Below, piece after piece: positions 50,077 to 63,589 of a stretch of 64,000 bases of DNA. The notes beneath the pieces are model-generated. The model saw only the letters and a program-made list of their open reading frames with translations, did not search any database and was not told the DNA's origin. The stretch is from Camelus dromedarius. Lineage: Eukaryota. Each line of letters starts with the position of its first letter. Position 1 is the first letter of the stretch. A program made the translations under genes and the position numbers. Where the stretch lies: contig NC_087436.1 in the NCBI RefSeq assembly GCF_036321535.1, positions 12,400,001-12,464,000 of the forward strand. Direction: 5' to 3'.

Positions 50077-51225
50077 TTAAACGTTGGTAGCCTCTGTGAA
50101 AGAGTCACTGGGGCCATTGTTCTTTGTGACTTCCAGGTTCTTTTTAGCCTTGAATGTCACGGACACCTCAGAGTGAATGGCGTCCATCCTTTGCTCACAG
50201 CGGAAGGCTGAGAGGAAAGCCTTTCTGTAGTTGCTGTTCATCCAGCCATAGAGAAGAGGGTTGGCAAAGGTGGAGCACATGGCGATGATGTGGAACACGG
50301 TGAAGATAAGTTTGTACTCCTTCAGGTCCAGGACTTGGTTGTCAATGTCCACAGCAAGTTGGAAAGCATGGAGAGGCAACCAGCTGACCGCAAACACCAC
50401 CACCACACACACCAGCATTTTGGTGGTTTTTTGCCTCCGCTGATGATAGTGGTCGTTGGCAGCTCCAGGGCTGACATGGTTCCTAAGTTTACTCCAGATA
50501 CGAGTGTAGGAGAAAGAGATGATGCCCAGAGGTAGGACATACAGAATCAATAAGGAGGAGAGACTGTAGACAGTGCCATAGACGCTCTTGTCCTCACCAG
50601 GCCACTTCTCCGTGCAGGCCACAATCTCAAAGTCAGGAATGATCTCAATCAGTGAGTACTCCCGGAAGATGGCCAGGGGGCTTGCTAGCAAGGCACTGAC
50701 ACCCCAAGCCAGGCCAATAATCAAGAAGCTGATTCGCTTGGAGATCTTGCTCTCCAGGTGGTAGACGATGCAACGATGCCTGTCCAGGGCAATTACCGTC
50801 AAGGTGACGGTGGACACTTGTACCGCCAGGCCCTGGGCATAGGGCACCAAGTGGCATAGGACAGGACCCATTTTCCACTCCCCCATTAAGGTGTAGGTAA
50901 GCGTAAATGGCAGGCAGAGGGTATTCACCAGAAGATCGGCCACAGCCAGGTTGGCGATAAAAAAGTTGGTTACTGTGCGCATGCTCTTAAATTTGATCAC
51001 CACGTGGATCACCAAGGAATTGCCAATCACCCCAAGCAAGATGATGGAGCAATAGGCCAATATAAGTACGATCTGTACCTCGATCAGCTTGGTGCTGTCT
51101 ATGAGCTCGGGCTCAGAGTCGGGGGCCAGCTCACCTCTAGGAGTGGTGTGCCCTGGACCAGACTGCTCCACCTTCGTTTCTTCCACCGTCTGGTTCTCAT
51201 CAGCCTCTGCACCTAATGGGCCCAT
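50077..51225 (-). CDS. NPY2R: Neuropeptide Y receptor type 2 (class A GPCR), 382 aa, single coding exon
   Basis: Intact ORF MGPLGAEADENQTVEE...SFTEATNV with seven hydrophobic segments, GNSLV (TM1), LAVAD (TM2), the Y2-type DRH motif, WLPLH (TM6) and NPLLY (TM7). The ATG at 51225 has context GAAAATGG. The ORF-track start at 51234 is a non-ATG extension. Confidence 0.98.
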   Translation of the reverse strand: MGPLGAEADENQTVEETKVEQSGPGHTTPRGELAPDSEPELIDSTKLIEVQIVLILAYCSIILLGVIGNSLVIHVVIKFKSMRTVTNFFIANLAVADLLVNTLCLPFTLTYTLMGEWKMGPVLCHLVPYAQGLAVQVSTVTLTVIALDRHRCIVYHLESKISKRISFLIIGLAWGVSALLASPLAIFREYSLIEIIPDFEIVACTEKWPGEDKSVYGTVYSLSSLLILYVLPLGIISFSYTRIWSKLRNHVSPGAANDHYHQRRQKTTKMLVCVVVVFAVSWLPLHAFQLAVDIDNQVLDLKEYKLIFTVFHIIAMCSTFANPLLYGWMNSNYRKAFLSAFRCEQRMDAIHSEVSVTFKAKKNLEVTKNNGPSDSFTEATNV

Positions 51226-52223
51226 TTTCAGCAACTAGCACAAGAATCTACAATTTAAAAAATGAACAAATGTGGAACAAGGGAAACACAAGGGTGAAAG
51301 GATTATTACAAATGGGTTGGTTTCATTTTGGTTGGGGCTCAAAGTACCTGTCCTCTGATCCCTACAACTGCACATAGTGGAACATTTCAATAAAGCGGAC
51401 ACCTTAATAAGTCTGCTCACGAATGTGCATAGATTAAATCAGGTCTTTGAAATATATATTATGAAGACAAAATCTTAGACCTATAGTATAGACATAATTT
51501 CGATGTGAGTGCTACCAAATGATTCAATGCATTTTAAGCGAGATGGATATTAGAAACTTAATTAAATTAATTTTATAACTGCTATAAATTCATCAAATTA
51601 ATTTTAAGGTTGATAAAGAAAATTATCTTCAATATTTTGACTGTTTTAAATTCATAAATATAGCAACAAATTGCATGAAAAAGAGACATATTAAAACCCT
51701 TTGCTTGGTGCCTGGACTTTAGTAGAAAAATTTAAGATAAACTGAGCAGATTCGGTTTCGTAGCCATTTTTCCTAGTGGATGGGTTAGTGTTAGAAATAG
51801 ATAGCCTGTGTAAAAATAGCTTCTTTTTTTGGGGATCTGAAATAAACTTCCTACCTGACACAGCAGAATTCTACACAGGAACCACAGGAAAATATGTCCA
51901 ATCTGAATTCCGTCTCTCTCTAACCCCTAAGTACAAAAGTTTTAACACATTTCTTCCCCAATCGCTCCCCTCACCCTCAGAATGTCCCTTCTGTGTGCCC
52001 CATTCAGTCAACACTATCCCCCCTTAATTAAGCCACATAAAGCTAAGAAGCAGGTAACCATGCTAGGCATTTTCATCTCCTTTAGTTCTCACATTTAAGA
52101 GAACCCTCAGGCTGGTCTCTTGCATATTTTTCCCAATGGTCCTTTTATTTCTATCACATTTATTCTGGCTGCCTTGATTTTTTACCATAATTACTCTAAT
52201 AGTCATCTAACCTTCTTCTCCCA

Positions 52224-52254
<31 letters not shown>

Positions 52255-52355
52255 TCTTTCTTTCTTTCTTTTTCTTTCTTTCCTTCCTTCCTTCCTTCCT
52301 TCCTTCCTTCCTTCCTTCCTTCCTTCCTTCCTTCCTTCTTTTCCTTCTTTCTTTC
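52224..52355. repeat. Compound tetranucleotide microsatellite (CTTG)n(CTTT)n(CCTT)n in the NPY2R intron
   Basis: Directly visible repeat tracts. Confidence 0.95.
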
Positions 52356-54027
52356 CACCTTTCATTTGTTCATTCATTCTCTTAACGATCATTCATTCAA
52401 TACAATTGAGCATCTACTAAATGCCCAGGGTGGCTTCACCTTCATGATATACTTATACTTATTCAAACATGCATTCGGCAAGTATTAGAAACTTACGTCA
52501 GCAGCTGGGACTCATGCTGGAGGAACAGGCAACAGGATAGTGCCCTCACTCCAAGGCTCTTACATTCACTGGACAGCGCCTACTCTGACATTAAAATAGT
52601 CTTTCTGAAATTCAAATGTGATCACATCATTTCCCTCAATGTCTGAAAGTTGCTTAAAACAATATAACATATCAGTTTCTGATATAAAGTTCCCTTTTCA
52701 AGTCTATAAAAATATCTGGAGCCTAACATCATCATGGCAGTACTTTTTGAATATACTCATAATGACAAAAGCTTCCATCATTAATTCAGAACCTCTTTCA
52801 AATGAACTGGTTTTTCATGAATCAGAATCACATCTACCTACATTGGTAGGTGAGTTATTTGTATTCAGCCCACAGACAATGTCTGGCTGGGCTTGTGTGC
52901 CCAACTCCATTCCTCCCCCTGCTCTTAGTGGGCAGATTCTTACAGACCACATGTTTAGGCTCCCAAATCATTGGGATGCTGGCTGGGTTTGGCCAGTGGG
53001 AGGCATTGGCAGGTAATTAGAATGCAGGAGGGAGGGAGAAGCCAGAAGCCACTGTACTCTTCTCCCTCCATCTCTCTCCAGGCATGCCTTAGCTGCCCAT
53101 CTATGGCAGGTTCCCACAGATCTGTCACGATTTTGTTTCCAGAGGAGGTCCCTGGTCCCTGTCACATCACTTTCTCTGTGTCCCTGTAGCTGGAGGTAGT
53201 AAAGACTTGTTGCTTTTGTTAATCCCCGGGTGGCCTCAACATCCCCTGCTTGGTTACCATCACTTGTATAACCAGGTTTCTGCATTCAATTCATTCTCTT
53301 TTCCCTTCTTGAATGGTTTCTGTTTTGCATGATGTGCTGATCCCATACATATATGCTTTCATTAATTTGCTCTCCCACTGAAGGTACTACACCCACAAGT
53401 TGGTAACACTGACATTCAGAAGAAAAGCCCACCTCCACTGTATGATATTCAAACCCTTTGCTGAGCTCATCCCCTCTGGCTTCATCTCTCCTGACATCTC
53501 AGCATATATCCTGTGATTCTGTCATACGGAACTACTCCCGATTGCAGCAACACGTTGGCCTTTCTCACGCTTCTCTGCCTTCCCTGTTCTCAACTGAGAA
53601 GCCTGTCGGTTATCCCAACAACCTGTGCTCACTTCTAATGCAGCAAGTAGCACCTACCACATCACGACTGTTTTCCTTCAACCCCCTCCCCACAGCAATC
53701 TCTTTCAGGACAGAGACTGGATCGTTTCCATCCATTGTTTAAATCTTAGCAAATATGAAGCTAAAGGAAAGCACAATTTTTCTGAATAATTGAGCTCAGC
53801 AAAGTACAAAGTGACAATTTTGATCCTTTCCTTTCCTGAAGATAATTGCCTATATAGGATCCTTGCTCTGATAGGACATCCCTGAGCTTGCTTTCTTGTT
53901 CTTAATCACGTAACCATTTCTGCAAGAAGAGTTGTTTCAAGATCCCTCTCAAGTCAGTCCCTGATTAGAACACTAAAAATTATTGGTCAGTATACACCAT
54001 AAGGAAACTTTCTATCTCAAAGGCTTA

Positions 54028-54054
54028 TCACACACACACACACACACCCCCCCC
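54028..54054. repeat. (CA)n microsatellite followed by a C run
   Basis: cacacacacacacacacacacccccccc. Confidence 0.9.
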
Positions 54055-55748
54055 AATAGTTGCTTCTTACAGAGACGGAGATTCCCATGTACTCCGTGAC
54101 CTCATGCATTTGCCTTACTAATCAATTCTAGTTCTTTCTGCGTAAATTTCAAACAGAATGTTCCAAGGAGTCCAGGCCCTCTTTTGCCTTTGCCTCCATT
54201 CTTTAGTGATTACAGAAAATGGACACTAACCATTCAAATCTTGGAGGACCCTTCCATTTCCCTTAGACTGAGAAAGAGACTTTACAGAGCACCGTTAGTC
54301 AATCCGACAAGTCATTAACAGAACCAACAAGACTCCAGGAGGTCTGAGTTTGAGGTTTGCACCAAACTAAATTGAGAGTAAGCCTGAGGGAGAAGGTTAT
54401 GAGGAGTGTATTTGACTTATTAACTTATTTTACTTTTTCTTTTCAATTCTATTTTCTTTATTCCTTTCTTTGAAACTTCTCTACAGGAACGATTATGGAT
54501 CTACAGGCTATTAGCATGTGAGTTCTAATAGCTACTCTCAAGCAAGGACTGGCTTTCAGCCAGTTTCAGAGCATTACCCAGAGAATGTATCATTTTATGA
54601 CTGTACTTCTGGAAAAATGGAAGAAGAAAAGAGAGTACATAGAGGGAGTCCCCAGATTAGGAACTCAAAAGCACAAAAATTAAAAGAGAAGTAGAAAGAG
54701 GGAAAACTCCTTTCTTTGAAATGTGGTGAAAATGAGGCATTCACATTGTTCAAGACATTTAAGGAGAACTGTAAATGGTACAGTTTTCTTGAACAAGTAA
54801 ATCTTTAGAGATTCTGCTATAGAACTATTTCTTTGTAGAGTATGAAAATGGCTTCAGGGTTTTGCTTTTGTTTTGTTTTGTTTTGTTTTCCCAGAGATTC
54901 AAAGAACTTCAGATTGAGTGGGAAACCAGTTTATGCTTTGACTCCATATTTAAATTTGTGGGGCTTTTTGCAACAGTATTCTTATTGTCACAGGTTGGCC
55001 TTAGTAAAATTGAACATCTTATCAATCACAGAACCTTCCAGGAATTTTTCTCAGGGGAAAAAAAATCCCAGAAAGTATGCCATATGCCCTAAACGTGTTT
55101 ATCCTCAAGGAAGGGGGTGTGGCCATCCAAGAATGCTCCATGCAAGACATGACTGCCTGACAAGCATAAAGTTGAAAATATTCACCAAGGGGACTGAGAA
55201 TGTTTCTTCTGGATATTTGAGCCTCTGACCTTTGAAAACAGTACTGCGCATTTCACATCATTCAGTTTAAATGATGTATCCCTAATATCAAAAGCCTTAC
55301 AGCTTTTCCTTTCGCCTCTCTTTTTTTTTTTTTTTTGTCCACCACATGCTCTACCAGAGGGTGAGCCCTTCTGGTGAACCAGAGAACGCTTAAACAAATG
55401 GGTCCGCTGTTGAACAGCTTTGGAGAATCCAGTATGACCTACTGCCTGAGCCTGAACAGGTGTTTGACTTGTAAGGAAGAGTCAGCAACAGTAATAACCT
55501 GTTGTTCTGTTAAGATACTAACCTCTCTGTAAGAAGTTTCAAGGAAATATCAAGAATCTTCAGTCGGTAAGGAAAATTCTAGCGAAGTAGAAAGTAAGGA
55601 TGGTATCACCCCCCAGTGCCCATCTTCGACATAAATGAGAAAAAAAAAAAAAAAAAACCCTCACGAGGACCTCCCCCATCCCCTCTTCAAGGGACCCGAA
55701 AGCTTCTTTGGGGCTTTGCCTGGTCCCCAGAAGGTGAATTACACTTAC

Positions 55749-56850
55749 TGACCCGGCCCTCGCGTTTCTGCTGAGACGTGGAAGCCAGATGTGTGCCGCG
55801 CGCGGGTCACTCTGATGATTACCTAGCCGCCGGCTCGGAGAGGGCACTGGAAGGTCCCCACAGGCCGACCTAGTGCCTTCGGCTCGGCAGCGGGTGCAGG
55901 GCAGCCAGCGCGCGCGGGAGAGCAGGAGAGCGCGGCGTCCTCCCGGCGGTCGGAACGGCGGGGAGGCTGGTGCCGCTGGGATCCGCCGCCCACCTCCGCC
56001 GCCAAGCGCGCGGACACCGCACCGCCCCGCGCGGCGCGCCCGGGGGTGGGAGCGGGGAGAGATGGGAGGCTCCGGAGGAGTGGAGGCGAACCTCCCTCGA
56101 AAAGGAAAACAAATAAACAAACAAAGAACAGGTGCAGGGAGTGGGGGGCAAGGGCCCCGCAGCAGAGAGCGGGCGGGGAAGTTTCCGTGCGAGGGCGCGG
56201 GGGACAGCGTCCAGGTCTCCGCCCGGAGAGCCTGGAACGCGGGCAGCGGGACCCCGCCCAGCGCCGCCTCGCGGGTCCGCACGGTCACCTGCTATTGCTT
56301 CTCCCCCTGATGTCCACTGGCCACCTCCAAGTTTGATACTCTGGGCGTTCCCAGCACTCTTACCTCCTCTCCCCTCCACCAACCCCTCCCTTTGCTCTCG
56401 GCTCCTCAGTTCCGCGAGAGATGGTCCAACGAGCCTGCGAGGACAGCCTGCCCCCCCACCCCACCCCAGGCTCGGGCCGAGCTAGCACATCAGCCCAAGA
56501 GAGGCCAGGGCGAGGGTGAAGGCCGCCAGGCAGACAGTCCCAGCTGCGAGCGACGGGGCTGCTGTTCCCAGTGCGAGTGCTGCGGACCTGAGGACACCTT
56601 GAGCTGGCACGAGGCGGGCCTGGGAAGCAGAAGCCCCGCGATTTGGCGGGGCTGGGAAACCCCAGAACTCCAGCCAGGAGCTGCTGCTTTTTTGTTTGCA
56701 AAAGCAAAGATGGGGAGCTGGACCCGCGCACAACCACGGAGAAGCGCCCCACACGATTGCCCGCGGAGGACCAACCCTCGGCCAGGGAGTGCGGGGCGCT
56801 GGTAAAACTCTAACTAGGCGGTTGTCGCGCTCCAATGAGAAGGTAAAGCG
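55749..56850 (-). promoter_or_regulatory. NPY2R: CpG island covering the NPY2R promoter and non-coding exon 1
   Basis: Sharp rise in GC and CpG density (e.g. cgcgcgcggg, gcggcgcgcc) with GC boxes. The sequence before the donor resembles the end of human exon 1 as recalled. The TSS cannot be placed from sequence alone. Confidence 0.85.
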
Positions 56851-58087
56851 ACTTCGGATCCTTGTTGCCCACCATCAGCAATTTCCTGAACAGGTGTCTG
56901 TTGACAGTTTACAAGTTACGTATTGCGCAGGTTCAAAAGCCAGCAGCCCCATATGGTGTGCTCCCACTGGGGCAAAAGCTAGAATAGGAAAAGGAAAACA
57001 ACGGGTCACCAAAAGAAAACAAAACACACACTCACAAAACAAAAACCAAAACAAATTATCTTTTTCTCCACTTAGCTGACTTCCCAATCCTTCGCTCTTT
57101 GGTCCTGACCCAAACCACTCTTGCCACGATGCGCGCGTGCCTCCGGAATCCTTTCGCCTGTCTCCTCCTAGCGATGCCCTCTCCTAATGCCTGGAGCCCG
57201 CCAGGCTGAGTTAGTGCATCAGAGGAAAACAGGACTGTGGAGTCAGTCAAAAAAGCTGCGAGGTCTGTTTCCTCGGTATTCCTCCCAGAAACTCTTATTT
57301 CAGAGCCATTCAGTCTCTCTTTCCCTTCTTCATTTTCAGAGGGGGCAGCAGAGCCTACCAAGCTGGGAAAACAAAAGCCTGAAACTGGAAACCAAAGCTT
57401 TTCCTCAAATGTCATGTGCTAGAGCTTAGCACACATTACTTTCTTCTATGCATCAGTCTCTTCATTTCTGTAATGAGGATGTTCACGCTGCTTCACTTGA
57501 AATTTCTCTGAAACACAAAAAAAGACTAAGCTACTCAAAAAATACTCTCCAAAACATTAAGTCGTCTTCTCAAAAGCATTGAGTTTTCAACCAATGGGGA
57601 CTTGTCCACACCTAACAGTATTGCATATGTAAGGCAACTTTACTTGGTCTAATTTGAAGTTGATCTGGTTAATGTAGAATTAAACCCACAAGAGCACATA
57701 GACATCACTGATAAACAAAGCAGCTTGGGTTCTTCAACTGCCAAGAAATAAAAAGTGCACAGAACTAGAAATATTCAAGATGTTCTTCACAGTTTCACTT
57801 AAAATATCTCTGTACATTTTTTACCTTGGAGAAATATTCATTGTTTACACATGTATTTTCTGCAGCAGGTTCCATGATTCTTAATATATTTCCCCCAGCG
57901 AAGAATGAATTATGTGCCAAAGAGTTGTAGCTTTAGGAGAGTAGGAGTGGTTTAAAACAATCACAAAAACAAATATACAGGAAAACAAATGAGTGTTGTC
58001 TTTTAGAGTAATTGCTTTGGAGGATTCAACTGATTTCACTGATATTGACTGCATAGAACAAATTTGCTTCTTGTTAGAACTGTCTTT

Positions 58088-58217
58088 TTTGAAAATTTAT
58101 GTTTTGATTTTTATTTTTAATATTTTTCCATTAACACCCCCCCCCTTAAGGGAGGCACTGAGGATTGAACCCAAGACCTCGTGCACATGCTCTACCACTG
58201 AGCTATGACCCCCACCC
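58088..58217 (-). mobile_element. tRNA-derived SINE (camelid type)
   Basis: Minus strand TAGCTCAGTGGTAGAGC (A box) ... GGTTCAATCC (B box), A-rich tail. TSD agaactgtcttt (58076-58087) / agaacggtcttt (58220-58231). Confidence 0.88.
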
Positions 58218-59377
58218 TCAGAACGGTCTTTCAAAAGCATCTTAACAGGCATATACAAATATTTGTCTCACTCCCTTCTATACATGTATACATAGATCCA
58301 CAGACATCTAGTCAGCAATCCTGATAAGATTGCATGACGTCTTTGATTAATGTCTTCCAGTAAAGGATGGAATTGCATGAGAAACTGATCAAAGAACTTA
58401 AAGTTGCTTTATTGTGTGCCATATTATCAAGGATAGTTTTGACAATTAACTCATGCCTTTTTTTGTGCATTAAAGTCTAACTGATATCTTTTAATGTGTA
58501 TATCCTGCATAGTATAGCAACAGTGAACCATTCTGATAAATGCCAATAACCCCATCAAGACACTGATAGAATGTTGCAAAAGTGTTGGTGAAATATTCAT
58601 TAATACAAATTGAGACAGAGTGGGATTGTTAACTGCCTGGTTTCTCTTGTATCAAATCATTTAGTTCCTCAGGCAATTTCTCATCTAACCACATGTGCTG
58701 ATTGCCCCTCAAATAGGGAGCAGACTCAAACTCAGTTGCCTCCATGGCTGGGCCCAATGGCATAAATATGCCAGCAGGCTAGGGTGTAGGAGTAGTAGAG
58801 AGTGGTGGGGGCTATGACAGCTCAAAAGACACAAAAACACATGCTTCTTTGGAAGGAAGAGGCTGCTTCCTGGATTCCACTAAGCTGCCTTGCAAAAATC
58901 TAGATCCAGTATTGTCAGACCAGATATTTTAAAAGAAGCAAAATTTGTATTATTAGAAATCTTCCAAATTTTAAATGAAAGAAATTAATCTTTAAAAAGT
59001 CAAACCTACAGGATGCCCAGATCTATGCAGACCAAAATTGATAAGGAGATATAGATACAAGATAGACAGATAGATAGATATCTGAAGCCTGGCCCATGGG
59101 CTTCCAATATTGTAGCCTCTGATATTAGTATGTGATGTTTGACAAACTTTCTCAAATATCCAAAACATGACTCTACTACCATTTTCCCTACCCCAGAGGC
59201 CATTCCTCAGTGCACATAAATATAAAAGGAATACAGCCAATGCTTAATTGCTAAATAAGTAATTTTCTTTTCCTGGTTGAATAGATGTTTTCAATGAGTC
59301 TCTGAAGCAGACATGGTGAATAACTGAACAATTTAGTATTTTAGATAGTGAGAATGAGGAATTTCAGAGAACAGCTT

Positions 59378-60102
59378 GAGAGGCTATGGAGAAAAGGGAA
59401 CCCTCCTACACTGCTGGTAGGAATGCAGTTTGGTGCAGCCACTGTGGAAAACAGTATGGAGATTCCTCAAAAGACTAGGAATAGACTTACCATATGACCC
59501 AGGAATCCCGCTCCTGGGCATATATCCAAAAGGAACCATACTTCAGAAAGACACTGGCACCCCGATGTTCATAACAGCACTATTTACAATAGCAAGGACA
59601 TGGAAACAGCCTAAATGTCCATTGACAGATGAATGGATAAAGAACGTGTGGTATATTTACAATGGAATACTATTAAGCCATTAAAAATGACAACATAGCG
59701 CCATTTGCAGCAACATGGATGCTCCTGGAGAATGTCATTCTAAGTGAAGTAAGCCAGAAAGAGAAAGAAAAATACCATACGAGATCACTCATATGTGGAA
59801 TCTAAAAAAAAAAATTCATAGACATAGAATACAAACTTGTGGTTGCCAAGAGGGAGGGGGGTGGGAAAGGACAGATTGGGAGTTTGAAATTTGCAGATAC
59901 TGACAGGCATATGTAGAATAGATAAACAAGATTATACTGTATAGCACAGGGAGATATATGCAAGATCTTATGGTAGCTCACAGAGAAAACAATGTGACGA
60001 TGAACATATATATGTTCATGTACAACTAAAAAATTGTGCTCTATGCTGGAAATTGACACAACCTTGTAAAATTACTATAACTCAATAAAAAATGTTAAAA
60101 AA
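59378..60102 (+). mobile_element. Young 5'-truncated L1 3' end
   Basis: Peptide [31 protein letters not shown] and the same 3'UTR and tail (aataaaaaatgttaaaaa) as the copies at 32.4 kb and 37.0 kb. Confidence 0.92.
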
Positions 60103-60299
60103 TTAGATAATATCAGGAGAGAAGAGCATTTATGATGCATATTTTTAGATAAAGTAAATCATAATCTGGATTTCATTCAGTCTAAATTTATTATGACAGC
60201 AAGAAAGCATCCCTCAAGGTGCAAATAATTTCATGGTTATTTTGATTATAAAAGTAATTTATAACCATTGTAAAAAGAGCAAAGAAAGAACTACACATC

Positions 60300-60440
60300 A
60301 TCTGAAACAACTCTGTGGAATGATGGAAATGTTCTATATCTGCACTGCCCAATAAAGTAGCCACTGGCCACACATGGCTACTGACCCCTAGAAATGTGGC
60401 TTTTGCAACTGCAATTGAATTTTTTAATTTAATTTTTTAA
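60300..60440. mobile_element. hAT-Charlie (MER3/MER33-like) remnant
   Basis: atgatggaaatgttctatatctgcactgcccaataaagtagccactggccacacatggct. Confidence 0.7.
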
Positions 60441-63400
60441 CAAGCACCAGAAAGAACAAATATGCTTTGATTCCTGAGGGAAAGTCCTCTTGGTTTCACT
60501 CTGCCAGAAAGTAGGTTTTTGTTTGTTTGTTTATTTGTTTACCTTAGTGTCAGGATTTCCTGAGAAATTATTTAATAACCTTCAGATCATACCAGCCTGA
60601 CTTAGATCACAGACAGAACAAAGCAGTGTAGTGCAGCTGGAACGTGGAAGCTGATTCCAGAAGGAGAAAGAAGTAAGCTCATAAATCAGGGCACCAGCCT
60701 GAAGAAGGGAGGAAGAACACAAGACCAAAAGAGAAGGGGCAGCAATCCCATGCTGGGGGAGCCTCTAAACCCTAAGAAAAGTTCAGTGAAATTTATTAAC
60801 TTTTATTAAATATTGTACCTAACTTCTCAGATTTAAAAAAATAACACACACAAAGCCTAGTAACAAGTCCCTAGGTAGGAGAAATATTAATAATCAAATT
60901 AGCCTAACAGAGTGTTTGGTATATTTGAAACTGACTCTGTCTTGCTTTATTTAAATGTTCAATAAGTTTAGTTATTACTTATTCTTAGGCTTATTAAGTC
61001 CTCTTTATAGAAATTCTTTTTTAAAGTTTCAATAACATTCTCCTATAGGAAAAATTATGGAGACTGACTATCCTAATGGACATTTGCTTATACGATTAGT
61101 TCTCCATTGGTTGTGGATATATTTCTGATTGGATCTGTGTCCAACTTTCCTTTCAGGCAGGAAAGGCACAATGGGAGTTAAGTTAATATCCGAATAGATA
61201 AGATGGAGGTTGTACCAAGTAGACACAGAAGAAGAGACCAGCTTATGTAAAGGGAACTGCAAGTGTTATAACTTTCAAATTAAGTCTACCTTTGAAAGAA
61301 TGAACCAGTCTGATCACACTTGTTTTGATGGAAAGGTAATCTTGTTCCACTGCCTTCTACCTCATTAACAAACTTAGTTCATTGGGAACAAGCGAACCAG
61401 TACATGTGTGAATGGGCAAGAATGGTCACCACACAGTGGGTTTCACAAAGCTGACAGCCTGGATTCTCTTACAGTCCTTGTGTGCAGCGTGTTATGTAGA
61501 CAGGTGCCTCATTGAAGAAAAGCAGCTAGTCATTCAGAGTGAAATGTATGCTAAATCCTAAACAGGGCACAAATATCATTTGCTATGATTTGTCTTTCTG
61601 TGGGTTGGGGGTTTTTATTTTTGTTTTGAATTTTTAATTACATATTCAAAATAATTAAGCCGCATTGTAAGTAACACATGCAACATTTCATTGAAGGTTG
61701 TATCTTTCAGTGATCATCCAAATGGATATTGAGACTGGTGAAAGACCAAATCTAGAAGGATACTTAAATGCAAATGATTCACAGTTCAAATTTTAACGTA
61801 GAACAAAGGAAGGGACTTTTTTTTATGTGGAATTCAGAATTTAATCAATGCAAATTTTCATTGGATTATCTGAAACATGCACAGGAGGCCCTTGGCTAAA
61901 GAGGAAACATGCACCCTTTTGGAAATACCAATTTTATTTAATATGTGTTTATCCTTGTAGCATATAGAGACATAATTTGATATGTATTTTTTGAATCATA
62001 CACTCAAGACAAATTTAATTTTAAATTTTTCAGAAAAAAGTGCAAGTAAAATCCAAGCTCTCTCTCGTACCCAATTACTATTGGTATATCTTGAGAGATG
62101 AAAAGTTAAAGATTTATATATAATTTTCACTTGTCACTTTGGAGATGGTGAAATGGCTTATTCAAAGTAAACATTTGAAAACATGAAATGAATAATGCAA
62201 TTAAGATTAAATTCAAGACTCACAATTCTTTGTTGTAAAAAAGAATGATATAAAATCCATGTAAACATTTTATTAATCACAACTCCAACCAACAAATCTT
62301 TAACGAATGTCCAATTTGTTAGAGAAACTGCCAGACAGTGTCCATACAGGATGAATGACAAGAGGACCTGCCACTGGCTGTCTCTAGTCCACTAAGAGTA
62401 TGCAGACTTCTAAATAAAGAAGTACCAGAAACAGATTGAGATTCACTGGTAGACTCTGAAAGAATAGACCTGGGGACACAAGGAAGAAATGCTCAGATTT
62501 TTTACGAGCATTGTGTGTTGGGGAGAATCGGGGAAGTGTTTGTGGAGGAAGTTACTCAACTCAGTGTAAACCTACATGGGTGCCTTCTTGGCTTCACCCA
62601 GTACTGAGATGGATGCCACGCTCTGTGGGAAATAGCCTTCTCCATCGCATTAACTTGGGGTGTGTGATACTCAGGCAATGTAGAACCTATTGGGGAAGAA
62701 CAATCATTTACACATGTCAAAGTAAAAAATATTATTCTCAAGCAAAATATACAGTGAGTCTGTCACAGATTTATTTAACTGACTGATAGGGGCACGGGCA
62801 CAATGGCAAAACTGGTTCCCTTTCTTCCCATCATAACCTATAATGAAAACTTCAGAGGTAATTTGTATTGAGGCGTCAGTAGCCTACAACGGGAAGAACT
62901 TCAGCAAAAAGCGAGGCCGAGAGATGGATGCTCTGACTACGGGATGCTATGCATCAGCCAGTATATAAAAGGGTTGTACTTCTGCTTTTACTTCTATTTG
63001 GGAATTTTAGCAGCAGAATCACCTAAACTTCTGAAAACCATATTCTCATGCATGGGTGATATATTCAGGATCTTTTGTTGAATTCTTGGAAATAATTAAC
63101 CAAGATGCTCAATTTAATCATTTATCGTCTAGACTACACTTGAATAAAAATCTCATTTGCTCAGATTGATTCTACATTTTTTTATCATCAGTGAATTATT
63201 CTCTCAACATTAATAACCAAGAGCAAATATTATAGAACTTAATCTTCTAGCAATCCTGTTCTCTGGCATCTTTTTGATCTCTTCTATTTGGTGGCAATAT
63301 GAAAAATAGCTATAAAAAGGCTTTTATAAGGGTTCGTTCATCTTGCTCTTGGTTTGTTAGCACATTGAAATCTGATACAGAAATTGTTTTGTTTGGAGAT

Positions 63401-63589
63401 GCCAATTACTTCATGAAGTTTACCTGTCATGCAGAAAGCACACAGAAAACGTAAATACTGCTTTCTGCTAAGTGAATTACATGTTGTAATCTAGGTATGA
63501 TATATATAAGATTATATTTAGATAAGCATAATGGAGAAAATATCAGTGTGGAATACAATTACATAAACTAGGGCTATTTTTGTCAAACT

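Larger units (their letters stand above)
51248..55748 (-). other. NPY2R: NPY2R 5'UTR intron (~4.5 kb)
   Basis: Donor GGGTCA|GTAAGT at 55749/55748. Pyrimidine-rich tract ending TTGTAG|ATTC at 51248, 22 nt upstream of the ATG. The size fits the known two-exon NPY2R structure. Confidence 0.7.

Noticed and set aside
55560..57429. Long Pro/Arg/Gly-rich ORFs (up to 242 aa)
   Set aside because: CpG-island composition artefacts with no recognisable domain.
59340..60200. Possible third 3' transduction after the L1 at 59378-60102
   Set aside because: No convincing TSD or second polyA tail was found.
62870..62975. TATA-like tatataaaag preceded by a few CpGs
   Set aside because: Motif only; no downstream exon, ORF or clear LTR boundary can be supported.
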